Source: Chlorokybus atmophyticus
Taxonomy: Eukaryota > Plantae > Mesostigma and Chlorokybus algae
NCBI GenBank assembly: GCA_009103225.1
Contig: RHPI01001052.1
Location: 124,001 to 188,000, forward strand
Reading direction: 5' to 3'
Length of the DNA stretch: 64,000 bases
Both the position numbers and the translations under genes were made by a program. The stretch's first letter is position 1; every line of letters begins with the position of its first letter. The notes under the pieces are model-generated. The model was given only the letters and a program-made list of their open reading frames with translations, had not been told where the DNA came from and did no database searches. This document shows, one piece after another, positions 38,244 to 51,264 of this stretch.

Positions 38244-39609
38244 CCCACGAAGCAACCAACTGGCCTCACACGAGCCACCTATCTATCGAGCTAAGCTCCA
38301 TGCTGGTGTTTGGGCTGGGATGATGTGATAAGAAAATGGTGATGCACCTCGTGCTCCTGGTGTACTTCCCGGGTAGCATGTACAACGAGTCGTACTGTTA
38401 GCAAAATGTGTGGACGGGCTTTCTACTACTGGGCTGTTCAATACCTGGGACATTTTCAATACAGCAGTCAAGAACGTTAACATGCTAATAGAAATGACCT
38501 AACTGCATTGAGCTCTGGACAACAGACAATTGGAGCTGCTGATGTACAGGCATTGCACAGCCCTACGCCAGTAGAGTACTTGCCTTACACCAAGCAATTT
38601 CACAAGAAAACAGTGTAGAATACTTGTCCTGCATCAAGCACTATCAGCTGAAGTTCGCGTGTAAGTGCTTGGCACCAGGGCCCCACTGCATGCAGCCAGC
38701 GAGTACACAGACAGCGTAATAGTCACGTGATACTTGGCTCGGCTGCTCAGCCTGCGAGCCACGTCGACGCGTGCACCTGTTCGGATCTGGGCCCCAGTGG
38801 ATCCGGCTTGATGCGAGTTGCTCGACCTGGATCGGATCAGCGGCCGCAATAGGCCGTACGCGGCTGTACGACGGGTTTGAGACTCATCCGGGTTGTTAGA
38901 GCGGGATCGTAGGGTTTGCCATCTGTGTGGTCGCCGTACGCGCGCACAAGATGACAAAAGGGCCGGTCGCTTGGCTGTGATTTGTGATGATGCAGGACTG
39001 CGAGCAGCCGGCCGCTGACCTGGCCCCTGCCATTGCTCGGTTGGCTCCGCTGCCAGCCGTCCAAACCGCGAAAACGACGGGCACCGCGCCTCACCCCTAA
39101 CCACGAATGCCAACCACAGCGTACAGCCGCTGTACGACCACTCCAACCCACTGGATGGAGGCAAACTTTTGTTGACCACAGAACAAAGTTTGCCTCATCC
39201 GCAAGGCTAATATATCGTCCATAAGTTATGGTTCGCGGCACCTGAACATGATGAGGCTGAGATGAGCCACAAACGAGCCATCCGTTGTGACCGAGTTCAT
39301 CCCATCTAACCAAGGACCGTACGCGAGCGGCGACAGACCGCGGTTGTCCCATCCACAACTTGGCGTACTTAATCGGTTTGGGTAGGGTAGGTGTGGTTGT
39401 GAAGGGGAGCAAGGAAAAGAGGGTGCTGTGTGGGCAGAGAGAGAGAGAGAGAGAGTGAGGCGGCGGTGAGCGAGCGGGTGAAGGAGGGGGTGTGAGTGAG
39501 CGGGTGAGTGGGGAGTGTGGGGCAGGGTGCTGTGGTTGTTTGTGTAGAGCCAGGCTCTCAGCGGCTGTCCTCTACCCTTGTCTCGGTGCAGCCGTCCTTC
39601 GCCGTCACC

Positions 39610-40916
39610 ATGCAGGCCGTGAGCTCCGCCTCCTCCTCCACCGCCGCCTTCACGGGGCTGGTCTCCGCACGCAAGGCCGCTGGCCTCCCCGCCAAGCGCG
39701 AGAGCCTGAAGGTGTCGCAGCCCAAGGCGGCCAGGCAGGCGGTCGTGGCCATGGCGTCGTCCGACAACGGCGCCAGCGGCCGCTTCGAGAAGAGCGGCAA
39801 TGTGGTCAAGGATGAGCTCTTCAGCAACAACCGCATCTGGGCTGGCGCCATCCGCAAGGCCGACCCCACCTTCTTCGACAGACTGTCCCTCGGCCAGTCA
39901 CCCGAGATCCTCTGGATTGGGTAGGTTGCTTTAAACCCGCCATGCTTTGCCCTGTCAATACGCCATTTGCAGTTCTGTCAATGCGACGTGCGACATTGGC
40001 TCGTTGTCATCGTTGCCCTTCACCAATGCAAGACACCTGCCATGTCCTACTGTCTGGACTGATCATTCCTGTCAGACCAGTACACTGCCTCACCTGACAG
40101 TGTGTCTGCATGATGTGCGGTGACAGTCACCATTGCCAGCCTGTCTGTGCGGGACGCTGCATGTTGGCTCACTGTCATCAACTCTCTGTGCCTTGAAAGC
40201 ATACATGTGTCAGACTGAGCCATGTCGGACTCGGGCATTTGCCAATATCACCCGCTGCCTCACATTGTTTGTCTGCCATGGCAACGTAGGAATGCTGTAC
40301 CGTGCATCATCTGACTCGTGCATCTGCCTGCCTGCCTGCCTGCAGTTGCGCTGACAGCCGCATGCCCGCTGAGGACCTGATCGGCAAGATGCCCGGCGAG
40401 GTGTTCGTCCACCGCAACGTCGCCAACGTGGTGGTGCACACCGACTTCAACTGCCTTTCCGTCCTCGAGTACGCCGTCAAGGCCCTGAAGGTGAAGCACA
40501 TCGTGGTGTGCGGCCACTACTCCTGCGGCGGCGTGATGGCCTCGACGGGCGATGCCACGGTGGGCCTGGTCGATAACTGGCTGCGCCACATCCGCGACGT
40601 GCGCGTCAAGTACGAGAAGGAGCTGGACCTGTACTCCCAGCAGGGCGGCAACGTGGTGGACAAGCTGTGCGAGCTCAACGTCATCGAGCAGGTGAAGAAC
40701 GTGTGCTCCACCACCATCGTCCAGACCGCGTGGCGCGAGGGACAGGAGCTCAGCGTCTACGGATGGATCTACAACCTCAAGGACGGGCTCCTCAGCGACC
40801 TCGGCGTCTCCATCAATGACGCCGCAGATATTCCCAAGCAGTACCGCCTGGCAATCAACTCCTCCCTCTCAGCTGCACCCAAGCAGGACAAGGTCCCCGT
40901 CGGAGCATCCAAGTAA
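39610..40916 (+). CDS. beta-carbonic anhydrase (Can/YadF-like), plastid-targeted, 2 exons (39610-39920, 40346-40916)
   Basis: QSPEILWIG|CADSR (Cys/Asp/Arg), GEVFVHRNVAN and IVVCGHYSCGGV (His/Cys zinc ligands), NWLRHIRDV, LCELNVIEQV, YGWIYNLKDGLL, plus a transit-peptide-like N-terminus. Confidence 0.96.
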
Positions 40917-43326
40917 AGACCCTGACTCTCGCTCACTGACTGCCCACCTGTGTTGAAGGGGGGACATCAGTACTAGAACTAGTAGTAGAAGTAGCAGGTG
41001 CTCAAACCTTTGTCTTGTGTATACGTAAACGATACATCTTTATGCTTACCAACAAGTCTCATCTCTTCTGAAATTCTTGTGCTTTGCTGGCGTCAGTTGT
41101 AGCTGGCATGCTTAATGTTGTGTGATCACAGGCTGTGGCGTCGTCATGGGCAGTAAATAAGGGAATGTCCATGTGATCCACTGCATGCACACTTGGCTAT
41201 GTGACTACCAATTGCGACAAGCGCGCACACGATGTATTGGTTACAACTTTCAGTTGAGAGATTGACGTAATATTCCCTGTACATATTGTGCCCTGTGCCC
41301 GCAGACGATAGCTACCAGAAGTTCGAGCCTATGGCAGGCAGTCACACGCAGCCAGCGTGCCCTTGCAATTGGAAGGGAATGCAGCCTGTGACACCGGCAG
41401 ATTTACAGGCAAGCACAGTGTACACCTAAACTGTCATGGCATGACGTATCTCTCAGAACTGCTTGTGCACGAATTTTACATACTGATCTGCCTGCTCTCC
41501 ACAGTGTTACAGGTAGTAGTAGTGCCACTGTCGCAGTGGCAATGCTACCTGGTCTAGACCAACATATGCGCTTGCAAAGCTTGCACAGGTCAGGAGAGTC
41601 AGTCAGTTCTGCCGTTGAATCTGCATCAGTCCTATACAGACATGCATCACATTACATATTTTGTACACAGCAAGTGTTGCATGTACACTTCATTGCAGAC
41701 TCGATCACTAGTGCCAACGCAGAGCGCCTTGTGACCAAGGGCCTGCTTGCCCTGATCGAAACCAACGACTGGGTTGTGCAGCAATGGGTCCAGGTGAGAT
41801 GCCTCTCAGGCAACTCATGTCGTGTGGCGCAAAGCGTGTCTTCCCACACACCTTGCCTAGCATGCGCCTACTTCTGCGCATGCTTACGTGTCTTAAGCAT
41901 GCTGCAACAAGTGCATCAGTATTTGTCATGCAAGTTGTTAGTATTATTGGCTTTGAGGCGTGACATGGGTACGTCTAAAATGACATCACCATCCTCGACT
42001 TATTGTGTACTGCGCTTCTAGCTTGTCGCATCCTGTACATGCGCGCGGGTAGGCAACAGCACATGAGCATTGCAACCTTGTACACGCAGGTGCATCTTTG
42101 ATGTTAGCTTGCCGGCACAAGTGATGCATCAGTTGCGTGTGTGTAACTAGAGTGCGTAGTAGGAAGCTGGATATGTTCACACACGTGGATGGCTGCACGC
42201 ACAATGTGACGGCAACAGTAAGCGAGTTATGCTCCGGTGGTGGTGTGGGGAGCCCAGCAAGATTGGGTTGCAGGTGACCAGCCAAACAGGTGCCGGCGTA
42301 CTGATGGCAAAGACATGGCGTTATCTGCTAGCTGTTGTTCCCATGCAAGGCACACACGCATAGGGGACGTCACAGACCGCGGAGGCATGGCTCTGTTTCT
42401 ATTACTACATTGCAAGAGCACGCGTCCACCTCAGATGCGTCTAGCCTTGAGCTGAACAAACCGCGGCTCTTTGCCAATGCGGTGAGTGCAGCGTGCTTGT
42501 GCCGGCAGTCAGTCATGTCACACCGGTTGCATCTCCAGCATCGCTATGAAGCACTTGACCCATGGCCCACTCACAAGGCGAAACCACGGTTCTCTGCATG
42601 CATGCACGCGTGTGTGCACGCATGCCCATGGACACGTGGGTCCGTGTGCTCGCGTGCAAGCATGTGTCGGGTAGGCAACCAGGCACATGCACGCTCATGC
42701 ACATGCACGCACTTGCCCGCGCACCAATCTGTGCTTACACAACGATGCTGCACGCACATGCACGCACTTGTGCACACACACTGACGCACACACGCGCACT
42801 CACACCCACACCCACACACTCTACCTTCTCGGACGGTTTCGTGTTGGTAAGCGAGCTCGAACGATATGAACCACTTCATGTGCACTTGCTCGCATGCATA
42901 CAGCGAACCGTTGCTTGCGTGTTCTAGGATCGCTGCTGCTGCGTTGCCGTCATCGATCTCGGGTCGGCCACTGCTTGGTGGAACACATGCATGAGACCCT
43001 CGCTCAGCGCTGTCATGGGGTTCATGCAGTTTGGTGCAGAGTGAGTAAGCATGCCAGTGTGTGCTGCCATTGGTATGTCACACAGTGTGGCGCAGACGGC
43101 TCACGCGTTGGTCGCGACGACACCAATGTATGTGTATGTATATATACATGTACATAAACGTAAATATATGTATATATATGTAGTAGTAGTAGGCAATAAT
43201 ATATATACGGTTGTATAGTGCGCTTCACAGGCAAAGGAATGCAAGACCATTGTGAGCATTGCATACAGTGAGGGATGCTGGTGGCTAGAGCTGGTTCAAA
43301 CTGTACAAATCTGAAGGTGTATAAGG

Positions 43327-44150
43327 TTACTGCCAATGCTGATCCTAAACACACATGCTGTCAACTGTATTATACATACACGTACCTGCATGGTGCGAGA
43401 GCTGACACTGCTAGAGTTTACCGGAAGGCCTGTGCTCGGATGTGGCACCAGCTGGCGGCGCACGCGGTCGGCAGCAGGCTGCTCCATCGCCTTATCGCTA
43501 CCACCAGCGTCACCCTCCTCCATCATGATCTGCTCAACTGAGCTCGCAGGCCTCTTCGCCTCCGCCTCATCGATGGCCGATACGACGCGCTGCATCTTAT
43601 TCATCGCGGCAGATAACCTCTCCCTCAAGGCCGAGATCTGTGCGCCAGCATCTGCATGAAAAACATAGCAGCAGTCATTGTGCGTGCAGCTCTCTCACGG
43701 TTGGCAAGCAAGCATTGACCTTCTGATCCATCCTGACTTGCATAGCGTTGGTTGAGGTTTGGTGAAGGGCTGAAAGGAGGGACGCCGTCGCTTTCGTCAT
43801 TTATCAAGGGTGATTGTGCTTCGGTCCTCTGCACCGTGAACATGAACAAGCTTGAATATGCTGATGCGCTCTCATGTATACAGTTCTATGATGACTACTA
43901 GCTGACACAACCCCCTCACCCTTGCAGCTGTCCACCCGAGCGCAAACGAGCTGCTCCTCGAGGCGGGTTTCAGCATCGCCGGGACCGCTGCTCTGTGCTT
44001 GGCCACGAACGCCGCGAGTCTCTTCACCTGGTAAGATAGCAAACACCAAGCCTCATCAATTAACGAGCATTGCCATCACAATTGAGCAATGCAGCAAGAT
44101 AAGTCACTAAGCCTGCGGCAGCTCACCTCGTCCTGCAGCACACGGATCTC
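43327..44150 (-). CDS. 3' exons of an unidentified spliced gene (possibly joined to the transposon ORF upstream)
   Basis: Phase-compatible GT-AG exons EEIRVLQDE|VKRLAAFVAKHR...WTAAR|RTEAQSPL...QDGSE|DAGAQISALRERLSAAMNKMQRVV...SSRTMQ|DQHWQ*. The 5' end was not found. Confidence 0.45.
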
Positions 44151-44229
44151 CTCTCCCCCCCCCCCCCCCCCGCGCATGATGCTTGTCTGNCCCCCCCCCC
44201 CCGCGCGCATGATGCTTGTCTGACCTCAC

Positions 44230-47200
44230 CCAGACCCTGCAAGTTGGGCAGGCAAAGCACTTCGCTGGCATGTCGCCGCTCCAACCGGCACGCCATACAC
44301 ATGTAGGAACACTGAGCGTGAAGATGAGCAGCCCACTTGTGCATCCCGTTCATGACCATGCGCGCCTCCACAGGGTATTAACAGGAGCATGTTAATCTGT
44401 CTCTACAAGCACCGAACAAGTTGACATAGCATGGTTTGCAGCATTCCAACAGATGACGTCCGATGCTGATGCCGCAATGTGCTACCTTGAATTGAGAGTA
44501 GAACTTGCCAAGAGTACAATCCATTGAATGCGTGGGATAAGAAGCGTATTGCTTGGGGCTAAGTCGCTGACGAACAATGTCCTTCTTCATGGGATCGACA
44601 CGAGTGTTGTTGTGCCACCATTCAAAGACGACGCTGCGCTCCTCTACAGAAAGAACAACCGAGCGTGTTCGCCTCCTCATAACAACCTCCAATGCTGGCT
44701 CTCGGTCAACAACAATGCGCGCATGTTGCCGCATGGCGCGAGTAATTGCTCCGCGAGGCTGCATGACAGGGCGAACACAGTGTGGGTCAAAGTGTGGGTC
44801 AGTCATGCGCGTGCGGTGCGCTTGCGTGTGTGTGCGAGAGAGAGAGAGACTGATCGACGGACTTACTGACTGAGTGACCGACCGTGTGGATGTGCCTGCG
44901 CGTGCATTCGCGCGCATGCGCCTGCACGTGTGTAGAATATATGCAATGGTGTGCATGTGTGAGAGTTAAAAAGACAGACTGACTGTGTGAACTCGCACAC
45001 GTGCTCCGTATTATGCGCGAGAGCGTGCGTGCGTGAGAGAGGCAAAAAAACTAATTGATTGTAATGAAGTTACTAACTGTGTGAATGTGTACAAGCGACG
45101 CACACAAGCTCGTGTCCATGCACATGCACGTGCGCTTGCGCGTGTGTGTAAGAGGTGAAAGGACTGGTTGATTGAATGACTAACGGTGTGGTGTTGTGCA
45201 CGTGCACGTGCACGTGCCCGTGTTTGTGCACACATGCACATGCGCATGTGCATGTGTGTGTGAGAAAGAGAAATACCGAGAGACTGACCCATTGTGTGGA
45301 GGTGCGTGCGTGCATGTGAAAGAGATAAAGAGAGCGGGAATACAGCGCGAAGTCACGCATGATGCAAGCAAGAATGTAATCACCTGCCCAGTGATGCGAG
45401 ATGATGTATATAGGGTAAGGTGCCCCAACTTCGGACACTTTAGACTAGTAAGCACGCCCAATAACAAGTCCTTTACCGTGTGTACATCTTTATAGCTTGT
45501 TGGAAAGCTCATTCCATTGACTATGCAATGGGCTTTTCCATATAATGTAAGCCAATGGCATGCGCCGTATGTGATTGCACCAAGACCGGTCATTTGTACA
45601 GCCATTTTCCAGTCCGAATCCTAACTTTCAGACAGCTACACTTTGCCTGCTATGTATAAGACCTGCAAGAGCAGTGGCGGGCCACAAGCGTTAAGCATGG
45701 CGGGGTGTGTTATTAGTAAGGACCGCGGTCAAGCGCTGCGAATGCGCTCTCGCGCATCACTTAACCGCGGTCCCTACCATAGGTGTGGGTATGGAATGCG
45801 CTTTCGCAAGCGAAAATGTTGGGTCTATTTATCTACTTGTGATGTTCGAAGCCACATTACGGCGATGTTGTGCATTTGGTGGGCGCGTTACGACTTAACA
45901 TTATTGAATTTTAATGCTGAAGGTCAATGGAGCTGCGGATGCTAACCTATTGTCATGAATTGCTCGTTGCATTTCAATTTTGCCCGTAATCAAGGGATAG
46001 CCGGCGTTGCGTGCAAGCAGGCGACACATGTTGAATCACGCTGGTAGGCGGCAAGGTAGCGGAGTTGCAAGAGTTGCTGGAGTTCAAGTGGCCGTGGTTC
46101 AACCACTCTACAGCGACAGCAAGTTGCTGTTGCTGTAGAGGCCGGGGTGTGTTGTGGTGGCTACCTTAGGTAGTGGGGTGTTAGTAGCCTCCTCCACGGT
46201 CCTTACTGGTAGTACTCTCGCCGGCCACGGCCTCTTGTTGTTGGCCTTGGAGGTAGGCAAGGGGATGGTGGTGCAGAAGCGGCGCCGCTGCTGGCTGTCT
46301 GCATGCACTACGGCCAGCACCTATTAAAGGTAAGTGTTGCTTGCTGCTGGAGTTGGTGCATGCATGGGTGGTTATGTGTGTGTGTTGGTGTATGAGTGTG
46401 CCAACCAGCAGTTGGTTGTGTATAAGGCATGCACAGCAACCCACAGACGTGCTTGTGGATGCTAAGATGCGATGTCGTGCATCCGCAAGTGTATCATACA
46501 TGCCTGATGCACATTGTGTGCACATTGTGTGTTCAATGTAACCTAATATATGAAGCGTGCACAGCAAGGCACACACGTGGGTGCGTGTGCTTAAGTGAGT
46601 TGCACGGCATGCGCAAACGTGGCCAAGTGTGCGTCCAACATAACATGGCATGTGTGTATCTGTGTGAGAGAAATGCACGACAGAATTGACGAGAGCGTGC
46701 TTGCTTATACATGGTTTGCTAAGTTCTATTTTCAGGTTGCTTACATGTATAAGTTGTAAGGCTACAAGCATAGGCATCAAGTAGAGAGTCTTGGCAAGGC
46801 GGTAACCCCGTCTCTTGACTGCAAATGCTTGCCAAGCCGGGCTAATGCAGCAGCGGAGAAGGGTGGTTTTGCAAGCTCAACGGCAGCACAGGTCAGACCT
46901 TTCAGGTCACAAGTTGCCCAAGGTCTTGCGCAGGCATGTTGCTGATCTTCTGTGTCTGAATTGACCACCTCTGTCTTGCGCAGGGATGCTGCAAGCTTGG
47001 CTGTCCCTTTTGCCTGCTTGGCTACCTCTTTCCTTGCTGCCATGGCCTCCATTGCTACTGCCTTAGCCTCTACCTTTTACGTGATTTTCTCCTCCTTCTC
47101 CTGAGCCCTGGTGACCTTCTTCTAAGCCTTGATGGCGCCGAAAGTCACTAGCTTCCCTGCAGCTCCTTGACGCTTCCTCCGCATATCCTCCTCGTCTTGA

Positions 47201-47894
47201 ATGCGTGCAGCCTCAAGCCGCTCCTTCTCTCTCTCTCTCAGTTGATGTGTGATCTTCGGGCTGATGAGGAGCAGCTCTCATGGCGTGTTGTAAGATCCGG
47301 GGGGACTCGTCTTAAATTTCCTGGGGCTGAACTTGCGGGCATGAGATCTGGTGAAATCGTTTATCGAGCAATATCAAAGTTATAAGACTTCCATAACTCA
47401 CATGCTCGGCGATAGCGTGGTGAAAAACTCTACCACGGATTTCTCGCGGCGTGTTGCCGGTTTTAAACCCCAGCCACCGGCATTCTGGGCTCGACATGCT
47501 GCCAGCTAGGCTACGCCATACGGCAAAGAATAAATATTTCGTGTGCAAAATCATATAAGATAAACCTTTGCCGCGGCGGACCGCGCAAACTATTTATGCT
47601 TTAATTATTTAAAGAATTTGTGTTTACTTGCACCCGCGGTGTAGTTGATAGCGCGTGTACCTCATCTCCGCGCGACGGGAAATTAAATCCGAGCGGACGC
47701 ACTCATTGTGAGTGCGGCTTTTCATTTTTTCATGCGCGCCAATGTTGTGGAGTAAATGGAATATCAAGATCTTGGCACCTTGAGGCGGAGGACCACACTG
47801 TGAGTGCCGTTTTTCACTTTTTAGTGCGCGCCAATGATGTGTAGTTGACGGAACTTCAAGATCTTGCCGCCTTAAGGCGGAGGACCACACTGTG
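44230..47894 (-). mobile_element. decayed DNA-transposon-like element (superfamily unresolved; CMC/Chapaev-like suspected)
   Basis: Stop-interrupted ORF pieces: EWWHNNTRVDPMKKDIVRQRL..KQYASYPTH...FYSQFK..H...IG..LLECCKPCYV...DRLTCSC*YPVE..M...H..C..MC..C at 44.2-44.8 kb, SWGTLPYIHHLA at ~45.4 kb, and a Lys/Glu-rich ORF with three premature stops at 46.8-47.35 kb. Subterminal palindromes are present. The family call is from memory of bryophyte/algal TE proteins. Confidence 0.5.
47711..47894. repeat. 92-bp tandem duplication (2 units plus partial)
   Basis: 47711-47802 and 47803-47894 align, both ending caagatcttg...aggcggaggaccacactgtg. Unit 2 contains the perfect palindrome CCGCCTTAAGGCGG. 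Confidence 0.85.
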
Positions 47895-48772
47895 CTAGCA
47901 GACGTGGATTAATAAAGGTTAAAACAACACAATAGCTGTAGAATGACTTCAAATGTTGGATAATACATGAAATGAGGTAAAAATTGGTATAAACTTTAAA
48001 ATGGTTGCACAAAAAGTGTCCCTCCATATTGTGCGACATGCCCCATGTCCTGTCCTTCAACCTCTCGCCGTTTTGGCCGAGGAGGTCCAGTACCCCCGCG
48101 GGGTACACCTTGAGCACCTTGTAGATGTGCAGCCAACGGAGGTGTCGAGCGTGTCTTTGGTGGCCTCCATGCGGCAGGCGAAGGCTTCTGCTTAAAACCG
48201 TCATTGGCGCTCCTCGTAGAAGCCACTGCACACGCGCTCATAGCGTAGCGTGTCGCGGTGCTGCGCGATGCTCAAGTTGTAGAAAGCCATAGGGACTGTG
48301 CGCTCAAATACTGCTGTGCGCGTGATAATGTCATGGTGCATTCAGTTGGGGTCGTCGAGGTTGTTCACCACGCGATCCACCTCCTGCTGCGCATGGAAAG
48401 GAAGCAGTGGTGGTCGCCTGAACAGTAGATGGTACGGGCTGTACTCGCGCAGAGCTGCCTGCTTTGACAGCCGGGACCAAAGAGCCACCCATGGGAGGTG
48501 GTCATCCTAGGTGTTCTTCACGTACTCTAGAACCATACTTGCGGAGTGCCCTTTTGATGGTTTGCACCGTGCGCTCGGCGAGACCGTCAGCTTGGGGGTG
48601 GTCACGCGAGGTACGGCGATGTTCGATGTAGCACCTGTCATAGAGTGTCGAACTCCTTTTTGAACTCAGTGCTTTAATCGGTGATGACCTCTGCGCAGCT
48701 GCCGAACCGGCTGAGGACATGGAAACGGAAGGCTTGTGCCACCCCCCTATTGCTCTTGTCGGGTAGTGGCAC

Positions 48773-49073
48773 TGTTAAAGGTACTTTGTTAGGCGCCTTA
48801 GCTAAACTTCTACGATCATCTTCACCTTAGGAGTTACGGACAGTCGTTGTTATGGGAGTTACAGTCCACTATGGTCAACGTTGACTTTGAACTTTGACTT
48901 TGACTTTGACCGTTGACTATTGTTGACTAGTGTTAACTTTGACTAGCGTTGACTAGCACTTGCTAGTGTACTATATAAGATACTGTATGTTGTGCAATAC
49001 AGTTAGATCCACTCTGCTCTATTGTCAGCGCCACACTTCTGCTTGTCATTGTTGCTACTGTGCAATCTCAATA
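48773..49073 (+). mobile_element. solo LTR (301 bp) inserted in the gypsy integrase
   Basis: Begins TGTTA, ends AATA (CA->TA), and is flanked by a 5-bp TSD GGCAC (48768-72, 49074-78). Removal restores KWVELVPLPDKSN. It contains a TATA-like CTATATAAG and TTGACT repeats; orientation is inferred from these. Confidence 0.85.
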
Positions 49074-51264
49074 GGCACCAGCTCCACCCACTTGGAGAAA
49101 TGCTCGATCATCATCAAGATGTAACGGTTGCCGCGTGCCGAGGGTGCTAAGTCTCCCAAGATGCCGAGTCCCCATACAAAAGGCCGGAGATGGGCAAAGG
49201 GTGTAATGTGGCACTGCGTGTGTTGAGGCTGGCGCGCACCATGTCACATTGTTAACAGTGACTTACGATTTCCTGCACCTGCTTGTACAACCCATGCCAC
49301 CAATACTGTGCCCTTGCAAGGCTAACCGTACACTTGACACCGAAGTGTCCAAGCTCAGTGCGGAGGGTGGTGATGATGCCTTTGCGTGTGGCCGGTTTCG
49401 GCACCTCTTTGTCTTCACCATAGAGGCGACGATACAGCTTGTCATCCGCCCAGCGGTAGTGCTGGGTGCGTTGGTTGACGCGGTCCTTCTCACGCGCACT
49501 CATACAGGAGAGAAGATGACCACTTTGAAGGAATGAGAGGGATGGCTTGGTAAGCCATATGTCTTGCGTGGTGTCCGTGAGTGTCAGCTCTATGTCATCG
49601 ACCTCGATGTCACCATCGCGAGTGGTCTCTGCGGGTGTGGTGGTTGCGAAGCCGGTGGGCTCAGGAGTAAGTACCTCTTCATTTGTTGCTGAGGCACCGG
49701 CGTCGGTCTTGCGCCCTGAGCGCAACGCGGCGACAGCAAACATGGCAACCGCAATTAGAGATGATGATGAAGGGCCGAGCTCATGTCGAGCTCTAGTTGT
49801 ATCATTAGTGCTCAGGTGGGGGTTACAATTGAGTCCATCGGCGTCTTGGTTGGTGAGGCCAGCACGGTGGTCAATCTCAAAGTCATACTTCTGCAATAGC
49901 AAGGCCCAACAGGCAAGTTTCCCTGTAAAATGTTGGTTACTCATCAACCACTTGAGTGGCTGATGATTGGTGTTGAATAAAAACTGGTGGCCGAAGAGAA
50001 AGGGTCGGAAGAAGGAGATAGCCCACACTGCAGCGAGACACTCTCCCTCACACAGCTGATGTAGTTGGTCTCGGCACTGTTGTTGCTCCGACTGGCGTAC
50101 GACACCACCCGCTCCTTCTTGCTCTCGTCGTGTTGTACCAGCACGGCTCTCATCTCGAGCTTGCTCCAATCGGTGTGAAGGATGAAAGACTTTGTGTAGT
50201 CAGGGCGATGAAGAATGGGTGCTGTGGTGAGCCTGCTTTTCAGCTCCTCGAAGGCCTGCTGTTGCGGCTCGTTCCATTTGAACTCCACTTCTTTCTTCAA
50301 TAGCTCGTTGAGGGGTCGCGCTATCTTTGCGAAGTCTTTGTGAGTGAAGAAGATGCATTTGTCGGGGTGCACCATTATCCCTACTCCCTCGAGCCTCTCC
50401 AGCATCTCGATGTGCTGTACGTGCTTTTCGTTGCTGCGGCTGAAGATGGGGATATCGTCGATGTAGCACCACGCAAAGTTTAGCCCCTTCAAGGCTTTAT
50501 GGATCACGCATTAAAACTTAGCGGGGGCATTCTTCAGCCCAAACGGCATCACCTTCCACTGGTACAGCTGTTGGTTGCCCCATAATAATGTCTTGTGCTT
50601 GTCGTCGTCCTTAATGGCGATTTGGTTGTACCCTTGGCGCATGTCGAGGATGCTGAAGAATGTGCAGTCTCCTACATCGTCAATGATGCCCTCTGCTATA
50701 GGCATTTGGTACCTGTCTTGTTGAGTCTTGTTGTTGAGGGGACGGTAATCTCCACACATGCGCCATTCTGTCTAATTGTTTGCCGAATCCTTCTTCAGCG
50801 GCATGACGGTCGCGGTTGCAAAGTCCGATTTGGCCTCCTCAATGAGGCCTGCATCTAGCAGCGCCTTACATCTCTGTTCCACCAGGTCCTCTAGCTTGGA
50901 CAGCCTATATTGCCTTCGAAACACCGGCTCGGTGTTCACCAGCTCGATGTCCATCTGGTACATTGAACATGTACCCAATTCCCTTAATGTTGAAGCTAAA
51001 TTAACTCCTCCACTTGTTAAGGAGAGCTTTCAGCTTTTCTCGTATGTCCTCCGTGTCAAGAGGGCTAATGGCATGGTCCCAAGAAGTTGCGTTGGCAATA
51101 ACGGGGATGTCTTCCACTGTTACTGCTGCTTGCTCCATGTAAACCACCTCGAGAGCCGTGTGAGCTGCCTTGGTGTCTGCAATACGATCAGTCCACCCCC
51201 CAGCCAGGTATTTGAGATCTTAAAAAGACACATGGCGGTCTTGCATGGCAAAGTTCAGCTGCAG

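Noticed and set aside
44150-44225. Direct repeat C-run+GCGCATGATGCTTGTCTG either side of N 44190
   Set aside because: Typical overlap artefact at a scaffold join.
47796-47894. RAG/V(D)J-type recombination signal (CACAGTG heptamer)
   Set aside because: No ACAAAAACC-like nonamer at 12- or 23-bp spacing.
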